Shown here in pieces: positions 29,731 through 42,996 of a stretch of 64,000 nucleotides of DNA. The position numbers and the translations under genes were made by a program. Position 1 is the first letter of the stretch. Every line of letters begins with the position of its first letter. The stretch is taken from the NCBI RefSeq assembly GCF_009914755.1, contig NC_060926.1; one strand, 5' to 3'. The notes beneath the pieces were generated by a model. That model ran no database searches. It saw only the letters and a list, made by a program, of their open reading frames with translations, and was not told where the DNA came from. Origin of the DNA: the human T2T-CHM13v2.0 reference genome, Homo sapiens.

Positions 29731-29939
29731 ATTCAAAGTACTCAATGTGCCAAAGTGCCATGTTTGGGGGTATCATTTTCTGTGCCCCAACACCGGAAAG
29801 TGTCTTATGTGATTTTACAAACAGACCACTTCTGCTGTTAGAAAACCCTCTCCTGCTGGGCCTCATCAGCATGGAATATGACCATATCCAATGAACAACA
29901 TCTCCCAGTGGATACCATGGGCTCCGCCAGGACTGTGCC

Positions 29940-30520
29940 CTACTTTTTTCTTCTACTCCATTCTCACAGAACATCCCGGATGATCCTTTACGAATGAAAA
30001 TCAGGTCCTTGCGTTCCCCAGATCCCTATTGTACTTGGAATGAGATCCATACTGCTTATCTGGTCTCTGTCATGTGGCCCTGACTACACCTCCAGCCCCA
30101 CCCTTCACCACTGGCCCTCCACCATAATAGTGAAGCTACACGGACAGGCCTTCTCCTTCTTCTAGCACATCAAGCTCCTCCCACCACAGCACCTTTGCCC
30201 TGGTTGTTGCCTTTGCTATTGTTCTTCACTTAGATCTTCCCAAGGCATGCAGATCTCAGCTTAGAGATCTCCTTTGAGTGAGGTTTTCTCTGATCATCCA
30301 ATCTAAACTTGCCCCTTTACCATATTCTCCCATTTTATATTACCATAGCCCTTAGCTTTGCCAACTTCTTTTAGAGTCACCGGTTTGTTTATTGCATCTG
30401 CCCCCATGAGAGTGTCATTGCCCTGAAAGCAGAGACCTCATGTGTCTTGTTCAGTGCTGTAATTCCAGACCCCAGAATAATGCCAGGCACATAGTAGGTG
30501 CTCAATGGATACTTGGACAC
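29940..30520 (+). mobile_element. L2a 3' end
   Basis: gcagagacctcatgtgtcttgttcagtgctgta...ggcacatagtaggtgctcaat. Confidence 0.8.
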
Positions 30521-30797
30521 AGCCTAGGTTAAAAATAGTCCTAGTTCAGACTTGCCACAAAATCTTGTAAGGGACACAGCCATACACTTTCTTCTTTTAC
30601 TCATGCAAGATCCAAAAAGACACACCTATGGAATACATTTATACAAAATCTTCGCAAAGAAATCAGGGAGGCATTTCCATGAACAGTGTTCAGTAATATC
30701 TGTCTGCAGACATAAGGACTACTTAAAAATAAATCCCTTAATGATATGATTTCAGGGGTTATGATACCCCTCCTGTCCGTAAAATTTTTCTAGGACA

Positions 30798-31008
30798 TAG
30801 TTTCTCAAACTTGGCAATATATACATTTCGGGCTGGATAATTCTTTGCTGTGGGGAGCTGTCCTGGGCATTGAAAGATACTCAGCAGCATCCCTGACCTC
30901 TACCTACTAGGTGTTAGCAGCTCCTCTCCTGTCGTGACAACGAAAAATGTCTCCAGAAATTGCCAATGTCCCATGGAGGGAAAAATAGTCACCGGCTTAA
31001 GAACCACA
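30798..31008 (+). mobile_element. MER20
   Basis: gggctggataattctttgctgtgggg...aaatgtctccagaaattgcca...agaaccacag. Confidence 0.88.
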
Positions 31009-31592
31009 GCTTAGGGCTTATTGAAGTTAAAAACCCACAGTCAGAGATATTAAAATGCAAATTCCTCTAGAAATGGTCTAATTTTACTTTTACTTCATCA
31101 TTCATTCATTTTTTAACAGTGAATTATTCAGTAGATACCATGCACCAGACTCAGAAATAAGAGCTAAGAATACAACAGACATAGTGAATATTCTTGAGAG
31201 CCTCTCTCATTGTGGGGAGGCAAATGGAGAAGTAGACAAGTGCCAAATGGAAGGCCAGGGCAGTGATGGAGGAAGTGCAAGGGGCAGATTAAGGCAAAAG
31301 GACGGCCAGAGAGGATGGCTAGAGAGGATCTGTCATATCTTTTCTGGAGGGCTTTCAATGGGTTGGGAGTACTGGAGTAGGGAGAAGGATGCAGAAACGG
31401 AGACTAGTAAACTAAAAACAAATCTAGCTTACTTGGCAAGCTGGGAACAATTTGGTGGTGTTTTTATAAGGTGGATCTTTAATAGTCCCAAAATATCAAA
31501 TGTGTGATGTCTTTCTTTGGTATACAATCTTTGTATTTATTTAACAATTCAAAATTAAATGTTGTAAAAGACAATAATAAATAAAAGCAACC

Positions 31593-31898
31593 AGCCAGGC
31601 ATGGTGGCTCATCACGCCTGTAATCCCAGCACTTTGGGAGGATGAGGTGGGCAGACCACCTGAGGTCAGGAGTTCAAGACCAGCCTGGCCAACATGGTGA
31701 AACCCCATCTCCACTAAAAATCCAAAAAAAATAGCCGGGCATGGTGGCACACGCCTGTAATCCTAGACACTCAGGAAGCTGAGGCAGGAGAATCGCTGGT
31801 ACCCAGGAGGCGGAAGTTGCAGTCAGCTGAGATCGCGCCATTGCACTCCAGCCTGAGCAAGAAGAGCAAAACTCTGTCTCAATAAATAAATAAATAAA
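31593..31898 (+). mobile_element. AluS (Sp/Sq-like)
   Basis: Alu dimer, (AAAT)n tail, TSD ending gcaacc. Confidence 0.95.
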
Positions 31899-32189
31899 TG
31901 CAACCATCCTTAGAAGACCAGGAGGAAACCAAAGTCAGAGAGTTTTTCAGTGTACTTCTCAGGGCAAAAGGAGTCCATGCAGCTTACCTGTAGTCTGTTC
32001 CAGCCCTCAAACAGGAACACACAGATATTGGGGGCCAGGGTTCATAGCATTCCAGGTGTGATTTGCTTGGAATGTCCTGGAGGCAAGATTTCCTTGGTCA
32101 TCTCTGGAGGTAGCAGGAAGTGGGGTTGACAATTTCGAGATGGCAACACTGACTACATTGTGACACTAACAGTTAAAAAAGGTTTGGAT

Positions 32190-32490
<301 letters not shown>

Positions 32491-33065
32491 CTATAATACA
32501 TTGATAATGACTAATTTCAGCTCCATGTTAGGTTTTTTTCTCACTAAAGTTGCCATACTTTCTTTTTCCTTCTACAGTTCACTGAACAACAACAAAAAAG
32601 CATAATTAATCCTCTGACAGCTGAGCAGCTGAGACCAGACAAGCAAAGCTGAATTTCAAATGACAATGTGTTAAGTAATTAAAGGAGAATGTCCCAGAAG
32701 ACAGGAGTGATGCGTTTTACGTTTTGGAATCCAGAAAATTACCCAATTAATTAGCTAGATCCTTGCTTTACTTTATGGCCTTTCCAAAATCTCTGTTTTC
32801 TGGTCTCAACCACCTCCAGTCTCAGGGAGGGCAAATATTGAGGCTTAGATTGTTCTGATGGGGAAAGTGATAATGTGGAACTTAATTTAAAATATCTTCT
32901 CAAGAATGAAAAAATGCATGGACAAGAATGCTTGCTGGGAATTGTCTTGATGGTTACACAACTCAGTAAATTTAGCAAAAATTATTGAATACATACACTT
33001 AAAGTGGCTGAATTTTATGGCATGTCATTTATAGCTCAAATCTGTTTTTTTTAAAGAGTGCTTGG

Positions 33066-33168
33066 TGACGAGTTAATGGGTGCAACACACCAACACGGCA
33101 CATGTATACATATGTAACAAACCTGCACATTGTGCACATGTACCCTAGAACTTAAAGTATAATAAAAC
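33066..33168 (+). mobile_element. Tiny L1PA 3'-end insertion (~100 bp)
   Basis: tgacgagttaatgggtgc...gtaccctagaacttaaagtataataa; TSD aaa(g/a)agtgcttgg at 33053-33065 and 33169-33181. Confidence 0.9.
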
Positions 33169-33807
33169 AAAAAGTGCTTGGAAAGGAAAACATAGATGCA
33201 CAGAAAAACTTGTTCATCAACACAAAAATAAATATTCATAGATACATTATTCATGAGAACCAAAAAGTGGAAACAATCCAAATATTCATGAACTGCTGAA
33301 TGGCTAAATAAAATGTAGTATATTCATACAATGGAATATTATTTGGTAATTTAAAAAATGAAATACCAACATTATGTTAAGTGAAATAATCCAGGCAGGC
33401 ACAGAAAGACAAACATCGCATATTCTCACTAATTTGTGGGATCTAAAAATTTTTAAATTGATCTAATGGAGATCAAGAACAGAAGGGTCATAACCAAAGG
33501 CTGGGAAGGGTTGTTGGGGGTGGGGAGGAGGTAGAGATGGTTAATGGGTCCAAAAACTAGTTACAATGAATGAATAAAGCCTATCATTTTTTAGCAAAAC
33601 AGGGTGTCTGTAGTCAATAATAATTTAATTGTACATTTTAAAATAACTAAAAGAATATAATTGGATTATTGTAACATAAAAGATAAATGCTTGAGGGAAT
33701 GCATAGCCCATTTTTCATGATGTGATTATTATGCATTGCATGCCTGGATCAAAAGATCTCATGTTCCCCATAAATACATACACCTACTATGTACTCACAA
33801 AATAAAT

Positions 33808-34105
<298 letters not shown>

Positions 34106-34694
34106 TAAAATTAAAGTACTGATACATACCACATGGGTGAATGTTGAAATACTACACTAAGTGAAAGAAGCCAGACACAAAAGACCATGTATTGTATGAT
34201 TCCATTTATATGTTATGTCCAGAATAGGCAAATCCATGAGAGTCAGAAAATAGTTTAGTGGTTACTAGGTGCTGGGAATGAGAGGAATGAGGAGGGACTG
34301 CTAATGAGTATAGGGTTTCTTTATGGGGTGATTAAAAAATGCTGTAAAATTAGATTGTAGTGATAGCTGCCTAATTCTTTGAATATACTAAAAACCATTG
34401 GATTGTATACTTTAAATGGGTGAATTATATGACATATAAATTACATCTGAAGAAAGCCTTTACAAAAAAACAATGTTTGTTGCAGCATTGTTTATAACAG
34501 CAAAAAAAATCAACAATGGGAGTTGGTTACATTAATCATGGTAAAGCGATACAACCAAATAAATACTACATGGTGAAAAGAGATGCCATAAGTGAGCATC
34601 ACCAAAATCACAGGGAGTGCTTGTGAAAACTCAGAAATTTTTGACTCAATAGATCTGCCATGGGCCTTAAGGAGGTGCATTTCTCACAACTTCT

Positions 34695-34930
34695 TTTATT
34701 CTTTTTTTTTTTTTTTTTTTTTTTTTAGACTCCTATTCTGTCACTCAGGCTGGAGTGCAGTGGCACAAGTGCAGTGGTGTGGTCCTAGTTCACTGCAGCC
34801 TCAACCTCCAGGGCTTAATCCATCTGCCCACCTCAGCCTCCTCAGTAGCTGAGACCACAAGCACTTGCCATTACAGTTGGCTGATTTTTGTACTTTTTGT
34901 AGAGATGGGGTTTTGTCATGTTGCCCAGGC
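34695..34930 (-). mobile_element. Truncated AluJ inside a MER5A-like element
   Basis: Antisense Alu right arm plus part of the left arm; flanks resemble MER5A. Confidence 0.85.
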
Positions 34931-35397
34931 TACCCACACTTTCTCATGCTGCTGGCCTTGGGACTGCTCTCTGAGAACCATATCTTTGTATATGTAAGAA
35001 AAGAACAAATGGTCACAATATATTGTTGAAGAATCAAAAGGTGGTTGATTAAATTGTATGAGGCTATTAAAAATATAGACATTTACATTATAAATATTAT
35101 CCCTGTAGACATTATACATTTTATTCATATGACATATGTGAGCACAGAAAGAAATGTCTGGAAGGCTGGGTACCCAAATATTAATTATTTTTACTTTTTG
35201 GTAGCAATTTTTATCTTCTTAATAATTGTGTTTATTTTTACAATGAGCCACATGTCCTTTATCAATCTCACAAATTATAATAAATATCGCAAAGTGTGAA
35301 AATGTGAGAAATACTTCGTCTAGTATGTTTTAGAAACATTTTTCACTTTGTTCCTGTTATTTTCTGCTTTTATATTTTTTTAGTCATATGTGTCACC

Positions 35398-35692
35398 TTT
35401 TTCTTTTTTTTGAGACAGAGTCTTGCTCTGTCGCCCAGGCTGGAGTGTAATGGTGCAGTCTTGGCTCACCGCAACCTCTGCCTCCTGGGTTCGAGCGATT
35501 CTCCTGCCTTAGCCTCCTGAGTAGCTGGGATTACAGGCATGCACCATCATGCCTGGCTAATTTTGTATTTTTAGTGGAGACAGGGTTTCTCCATGTTGGT
35601 CAGGCTGGTCTTGAACTCCCGATCTCAGGTGATCCACCCGCCTGGGCCTCCCAAAGTGTTGGGATTACAGGCGTCAGCCAGCGCACCCAGCC
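35398..35692 (-). mobile_element. AluSp-like
   Basis: Antisense Alu; ggctcaccgcaacc and gtttctccatgttggtcagg diagnostics. Confidence 0.93.
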
Positions 35693-35980
35693 ATCACATT
35701 TTTCTTTATAGCTAATGTGTTTCATGCCATTATTAGAAAAATCTTCCTGCTTTTGATTAAAGCTTTAAAAAATTTTTGTCTAATTGTATGGCTTAATATT
35801 TTATGGCTAAATCTGTTGGTGTAGCAGAGTAGGCATCCATCTAAAATTTTTTGTATGAGGCTAGTCAGTTATAATTTTGCTATTTCCTAAGTAGTTCCTC
35901 ATTTTCCATCGGTTTCTAATGTCTACGTCTACATCTGGGTCTATTATTGGGCTCTAGTCTTTTCCATTAATTACACTATC

Positions 35981-36040
35981 CTTGCACTGGTTCTAGTAAA
36001 TTTTAATACTTGCACTGGTTCCAGTAAATTTTAGTACTTG
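35981..36040. repeat. 28-bp tandem duplication
   Basis: cttgcactggttctagtaaattttaata / cttgcactggttccagtaaattttagta / cttg. Confidence 0.9.
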
Positions 36041-36329
36041 GGAGAGCTAGTCCAATTTCATTATTAATTTTCAGACTTTTCCTGGTTACTGTTACATTTT
36101 CTTCTTCCAGTTAAACATTAAAGTTATTTTGTCAAGTGGACCAAAATGAAATGTTTTTGGTTGAAAATGTGTGGATTTATATAAGGAAACATAGCATCTT
36201 TAAAACAGTGAATCTTTGTGTCCAAGAATATAGTATGGCTTTTCATTCATTTCAGCCTTCCTTTATGTTTCTCAATACGGCTTTAACTTTTTCATGTAGA
36301 CCCAGCACATTTTCTATTACTGTAATGAG

Positions 36330-36575
36330 GCTCCATGGTACAGTGGATACAAGCAGGGACTCTGGGGCTAGACAGGGCAAATTCCAGCTCTAGCACTTCC
36401 TGGCCAAGTGACCTTGGGCAACTGCATAGCCTCTAACCACCTCAGTTTTCTCATCTCTAAAACGGGAACAACAGTACTTATATCATAGGTTTGTTATGAG
36501 CATTAATAATACGTTGTCTGTTACATGGGAATCACTTAGCAAAGTGTCTAGTTCATTGCAGTCGTTATCATCATC
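36330..36575 (+). mobile_element. MIR
   Basis: gtgaccttgggcaa...cctcagttttctcatctctaaaacggg. Confidence 0.8.
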
Positions 36576-38043
36576 ATAAAGAAAACTTTACATAACTGTA
36601 TGAAAAGGCTAGCAACCAACAGAAAAATTGTTGGTGAGCATTTTAAAATTGTGCAATATGTGGAGGGTAATTAGGCAATAACTACCACAATTTTAAACAC
36701 TGATCTCTTTGACTCAGGAATTCCAGTTCTAAAAATGTTACCTACATATTTAAAGAACTAAATTGTTAATACCCTCCAATAAAGACCATCAGGGACACAC
36801 CTGTAGCTGATTGTGGGTTGTCTCAGTAAGATGATATTAGAATGAGCAGATTATAGAATTTGGGTTTTAGTTGGATAGTTTTAGAGAGGTTCCACAGAAC
36901 ACTCTTGATACCGTCAGAAAGGAAGCAATTCAGTCATTGGGTATCTCAGTAAATCTTATCTATAGGGAAGGCAGGCAAGAGCTAGGATAAAGCTGTAACT
37001 AGTAAAGAATTAGCAGTCACTCATTTATTAAGAGAGGCAGGTGTTTGGCATTTTGTATTGCACAGCATCCTTGTCAGAACTGGATGTTCTATGAAAACAG
37101 TATGGGTTAGCTATAAGCATCACATTAGTTTATAATAACATTGAGGCCTACTACATCAGATCTGTTCCTGGATGACAGGCACTGATTTTATTTTTTCTTT
37201 CTTGTAATGTACTTGCAATGAGTCATTGTTTTTCATAGCCAGTGATGGAAATAACTTAGAGGTCTATTAATTCAGAGGCTAGTTAAAAATTACCGTATAT
37301 TCTCACAATGAAATAGTTATCAAAATGAACTAGTCATTAAGTGAAAAAAATTGCAGAACATTATATGGTTTAAACAGTATATATAACATACACACGTGTT
37401 TATACATCATAGAAATTTGCATTCATATGCAAAAATATTGTACACTCAAAATCTTAACAATGTTTACCTCTGGAAAGCAGGATCCAGTGAAAAGGACAGG
37501 GTGCTTTATCTCTTTAATTAATGTACTTCTATTTGTTTTAAAATCTAAATGCTGAATTATTTTATTGATAAAAATGTCTTTAAATTATGATAAGCAAATA
37601 TGGCTGGTTTTAAATTTTCAGTAACGGAATTCTTCTTGATTTGAAGTGCAAGCAATCCCAAAGCTTGCTCATGAATGCTATTATGTTGTAAAAATAAATT
37701 AATTTAATTTGGCCATTCCTCCGGGGACCTATTTGATTCAGGTAACAGTTCCCAGAGAATGCTGACAAGGAGATAATTTTTTCCATCTTTCCTTTGGGTG
37801 TAATATTAGCATTGGGGTTTCTGAAAGTCATTAAGGTAACTAATTGCTACTGAATTATATATTAAGCTTGGAAGAGAGTGAATCCATTCCTTCTTCCTAT
37901 ACAGATGAATATCAATAGTCATAAGGAATGAAAACCAAGACAACTGGATTTTAACAGGGAGGTGAGTCAAGTTCTTATGGTGAACTCCAAATATTTCAGA
38001 AATAGAGTCCTCTAATGTCAGTTCATTTATACATATGTAACAC

Positions 38044-38586
38044 TGTGATGGTTAATATTGAGTATCAACTTGATTGGATTGAAGGATGCAAAGTATTGTT
38101 CTGGGGTGTGTCTCTAAGGGTGTTGCCAAAGGAAATTAACATTTGAGTCAGTGGACCGGGAAAGGCAGACTCACCCTCAATCTGGGTGGGCACCATCTAA
38201 TCAGCTACCAGCACGGCTAGAATAAAGCAGGCAGAAGAAGGTGGAAAGACTTGACTTGCTGAGTCTTCTGGCCTTCCTCTTTCTCCCATGCTGGATGCTT
38301 CCTGCCCTCGAATATCAGACTCCAAGTTCTTCAGCTTTTGGACTCTTGGACTTAACACCAGTGATTTGCCAGGGGCTCTCAGGCCTTTGGCCACAGACTG
38401 AAGGCTGCACTGTCACCCTCCCTGCTTTTTAGGTTTTGGGACTTGGGCTGGCTTCTTTGCTCTTCAGCTTGCAAATGGCCTATCGTGGGACTTCACCTTG
38501 TGATCATGTGAGTCAATTCTTCTAATAAACTCCCCTTCATTTATACATATATCCTATTAGTTCTGTCCCTTTAGAGAATCCTAATA
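38044..38586 (+). mobile_element. MLT2A (HERVL) solo LTR
   Basis: TGTGATGGTTAATATTGAGTATCAACTTGATTGGATTGAAGGATGC...; 5-bp TSD aacac. Confidence 0.92.
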
Positions 38587-39937
38587 AACACATGGAATGA
38601 ATTTATTTCTCCAAACTGCTGTCAATTATGCTCTATCAAATTCCCTTTTCCTACTGCATGGTGGGTTTCCTTGACCATGTGTCAGCCTGACTCCAGTCAG
38701 GAAATGTATGGAAATGTAGCCCAGTCAGCATCTCAATCATCTCAATCTCCAGTTCAGCAGCTCTCTCCCCTCACTCTAGATCAGGTTAGCCATATTCTCC
38801 ATCACTCCTCTCCATCTTCACTGTCTTCACCTTCTCCCTTTCCTGCTCCTCTGCTATCAGTGCAGGTAGGAGGAGAAGGAGAAAAGACGGTTCCTCAGGT
38901 GGCTGCCCAGGGCATGCCGGGTGCCCTGTTTCTGGTTGGTTGCGATGCTCCCCTTAACCTGAAGAGTTGGGGATGGAGGTGGTCAGTGGGGGCATTCAGG
39001 TCCTGTATCCTTTCTCTTAGTCAGCACAGCTGATCTAATTCATGGAATCCTTGTACCCTGGGTGTGGACAGGTGGAGGGTACAAGTGGCCCTGACAGTGT
39101 GGACACATCCAAAATAGCACTCCTAAGCAATGGCAATCTCTTTCAAACCTTTTCAATCACCACCCAGGGGAAGGCAAAAAGCCACACTTTTGTGACTGCA
39201 CATGCCCTTCCCCCCCTCCCTATAATGGCCCCCCAGCATTTCTGCAGCCCTCAGTCACATCTACCACCCTTGTGAGTGTGGGTACTGATAAGATCTATCT
39301 TCAGTATTTCTTGGGAACATTACTCTCTCCACTTGGTCACACTACTTGCCATTCTCCCCAGGGCGCTTCCTAGACTACAAGGCCTAGGTGCAGGAGAGCG
39401 AGCCCTGACTCCGCAGGCCTCCGACAGGAGATGTAGAGGATAGATCCCCTTCTTTCTTGCACTATCAGCAATTCTCTGGGCAAACACCCAACTCTTCACA
39501 AGCCCCACAGGTAGAAGAGGGCAGCTAGCTTCTCTTTTATAAGCACTGCCCTCTACTAGGGGGTTATTTCTTCCTGCACAGACCTGAGAACCAAGTTGGA
39601 GTGTGTGTTATTGGGGAAGGGGTCTGCTGGCAGTTGCTGAGATGACCCGTCTCCACAAGCCCATAGGGAAGTAGGTGTTGTTCTTTCAACTTACGGGCTG
39701 GTTATTTAGCAGTTCTTGTTTTCAGCTAAGGGTAGCATAATCAATCCCAGGAAAAACAAGAATGGACTCCTTTAGCATCTTTGCTCTTTCTGGGGGTTCA
39801 GGATCCCTATACTCTTTTTCTCTATCTGCTCAGTACCATCCTTTTGGTAAGATCCCCTCAGTGACTTGTCTCCAATTCTAGTTCTGCTTCTGATACAGGT
39901 TTCTCTGACACCCTGTTTGCAGTGTTTTTAGATGGCT

Positions 39938-40237
39938 TTTTTTTTTTTTTTTTTTTTTGAGTTGGAGTCTCTGCCTGTGGCCCAGGCTGGAGTGCAGTGG
40001 CGTGATCTTGGCTCACTACAACCTCTGCCTCCTAGGTTCAAGCAATTCTCTGCCTCAGCCCCCTGAGTAGCTAGGATTAGAGGTGCCCGCCACCATACCC
40101 AGCTAATTTTTGTATTTTTACTAGAGATGGGGTTTCACCATCTTGGCCAGGCTGGTCTTGAACTCCTGACCTCGTGATCCACCTGCCTTGTCCTCCCAAA
40201 GTGCTGGGATTACAGGCGTGAGCCACCGCGCCCAGCT
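39938..40237 (-). mobile_element. AluS
   Basis: Antisense Alu; TSD tagatggctt. Confidence 0.95.
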
Positions 40238-41439
40238 TAGATGGCTTCTGCATAGTATGATGGCAGATCAAATAAACGACTCACTTATCACAGTTATTTA
40301 GATACTGTAAACATACATATAAACAAGGATGGGCAGCCTCTGTATTATTTCTTGTGACTCCCATCTCCAACTAGATTTTCAGTCTCCACGCTTTTCTTTT
40401 TTTCTACCACAATTCTTAATAATCATTCCCCATGTGATTTACTTCAATGATCTACTACTAGATGATCTCAGAAAGTCAGTCTAATATGTGCCTAAAACCA
40501 TGTCCTAGTGTTCTGGATAAATAGCAAGTACAAAGAGCCTGTTCTCTTTGAGTTGAAATCTTGAGTATGGTTTCTCAGTGATTACTAGAACTAATGTGGA
40601 CCTATCTTAACTGGTTATGGTGTAAGTTCAAAAGCTGCCAAATTTTATTATTCTTTTATGTCTGAGATATGCTTCAAGAGGCTCTGACTTTTTGTGACAA
40701 TAATTATTTGAAATCGACACTATATTTTGAAAAGTAAATTTCCAGTTGCTCAAGGGCTTTGAACTTGCAAACTTAAATTTTCCTTGTCAGTTATTTTAAG
40801 CTGTCATTTGAAAGTGTAAATGCTTATTCTACCTGGGTACAAGTGTGGTGGGTTTTCTTCCAAGTTGTACTAACAAAGGTCACAAGCATAGCCACACCCT
40901 ACAAGGCCTCTCACTTTATTTGCAGAACACTAGGAATACTTCAAATGTCATAAGAAGGTCTTTGAAAATCTAAGTGACCTCCGTAGGTTCTAATTCCAAG
41001 TCTGTGAATTTGCAAACACACTACAGAACACGACAGCAAAGAGGTGAACACGCTGCGTTTTCCAGAAAACCACTGGAAATAATCTGAAACTTGAAATCAA
41101 TGCCAAATGAAGATAATGAAAGTGCTTTATCAGTATTTGTTTAAGGTCAAAACTTGGGATATATTTCATAAAGAACTCAGCATCTCTACAAGCAATTAGT
41201 GTTTTGTTAGTCATTTATTAATAAAAGGTAGCATTTTTATTCATTAATATTTTTATTTTCTTCTCCGACTAAATAAAGTAAATAATGCACATGGAGAAAC
41301 TTAAAACTTCTTTTTTTTTTGCACATCAAAAATTAATTCGCACTAGCACTTTCTTACCTTTCTGTGCACTCACGGTGTAAGCCTAATCTTGCCATCTTGA
41401 GCACCAGAAATGCACACTAGCAACTAGGCTTGAGCCAGG

Positions 41440-41660
41440 GAGATGAGAAAATCGTAAGCGAAGAGCTCTGAGCTTCTATGCAGTGTGTGACCTGGACAAG
41501 TCACTCATTACATAACCACTGAGATTCTCTTTCCTCCTTTGCAAAATGGGAATGAAAATATGTCCTCTGCCTACCTCAGAGGTTGAGGTGACAAGCACAA
41601 GCACATGAAAGCACTGTGAGAACTCCAAGTGCCCATGAATGCAATTGTTATGTCTGATAG
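41440..41660 (+). mobile_element. MIR
   Basis: gtgtgacctggacaagtcact...ctttgcaaaatgggaatga. Confidence 0.75.
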
Positions 41661-42375
41661 AGGAGACAGAAAGCATTCTCATACCTCATGTATCAAACCT
41701 TTGATTATGTCCAGTGGACATACACATCCTGAGAATTAACTCCTGGGGGAAAAGGAATTTGGCAAGCACAGAACAATTGTGACACAAATGATTAATCTGG
41801 ATTATAACAATAAACCTGTTGGCCAAGTTCTTAAGAGTATGAGTTGCTCATAATGATGGCCTGATGCAGGCTGCCAAGTCTTGCTAGAACATGTGGGCTC
41901 TTAGAGACGCCAAACAGGACCCAGAGCCAAGAATGCTCTTACTCAAAGAGGTTTGAGAAAAGCAGGGACAGTTTCCTATCATGCTAAAATGAATCTCTTT
42001 TCTCACTGCTCTCCCTCTCTTTGGCAGGAAAAGTTGCAAGAATGGCTAGTAAAGTTCCAAAACTACAATTTCATTTGGTTCCTTTCAACATGGTCTTTGA
42101 AGTTTGTTTTGCATAAAACTCCGAAAATGAATGAATAAATGAAGAACAGATTTAAACAGTGGTTCCTCAAGAATGATGCTGCCTCATCTCATTTGCTCTT
42201 TAGAAATTCATCAGAAGATCACCTATACCGCTACATGCAATGCTTTCCAAAGGATGGTCCTTGCAACATCAACTCAGAATACTCTTTTAAACTGCAATTT
42301 ACTGGGCCCCATCTCAGAACTAAGAATCCGAAGGTTTGGTGGGCAGCGAATCTATGTATCTTGAATGAATGGATT

Positions 42376-42996
42376 TGTTACTAGAAAGGCGTCTGGATCC
42401 AGACAAGAGAGGTTCTTGGATCTTGCACAAGAAAGAATTCCAGATGACTCCATAAAGTGAAAGCAAGTTTATTAGGAAAGTAAAGGCATAAAGAATGGCT
42501 ACTCCATAGGCAGAGCAATGGGGTTGCTCCACCAAAGATACTTATGGTTACTTCTTGATGATATGCTAAACAAGAGGTGGATTATTCATGAGTTTTCTGG
42601 GAAAGAGGTGAGCAATTCTCAGAACTGAGGGTTCCTCCCCTTTTTAGACCATATAGGGTAACTTCCTGACATTACCATGGCATTTGTAAATTGTCATGGC
42701 ACTGGTGGGAGTGTCTTTTAACATGCTATTGCTTTATAATTAGCATATAATGAGCAGGGAGGAATACCAGAGGTCACTCTTGTCACCATCTTGGTTTTGG
42801 TGGGTTTTAGTTGGCTTCTTTACCACAACTTGTTTTATCAGCAAGGTCTTTGTGACCTGTATCTTGTGGCGACCTCCTATCTCATCCTGTGAGTAAGAAT
42901 GCCTAAACTCCTGGGAATCCAGCCGAGCAGGTCTCAGCCTTATTTTACCCAGCCCCTATTCAAGATGGAGTCTCTCTGGTTCAAACATCTCTGACA
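42376..42996 (-). mobile_element. MER41B-like solo LTR
   Basis: Minus strand starts TGTCAGAGATGTTTGAACCAGAGAGACTCCATCTTGAATAGGGGCTGGG; about 620 bp; TSD gatt/gact. Confidence 0.9.
42595..42624. promoter_or_regulatory. Tandem GAS (STAT) motifs in MER41B
   Basis: TTCTGGGAA at 42595-42603 and TTCTCAGAA at 42616-42624. Confidence 0.7.
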
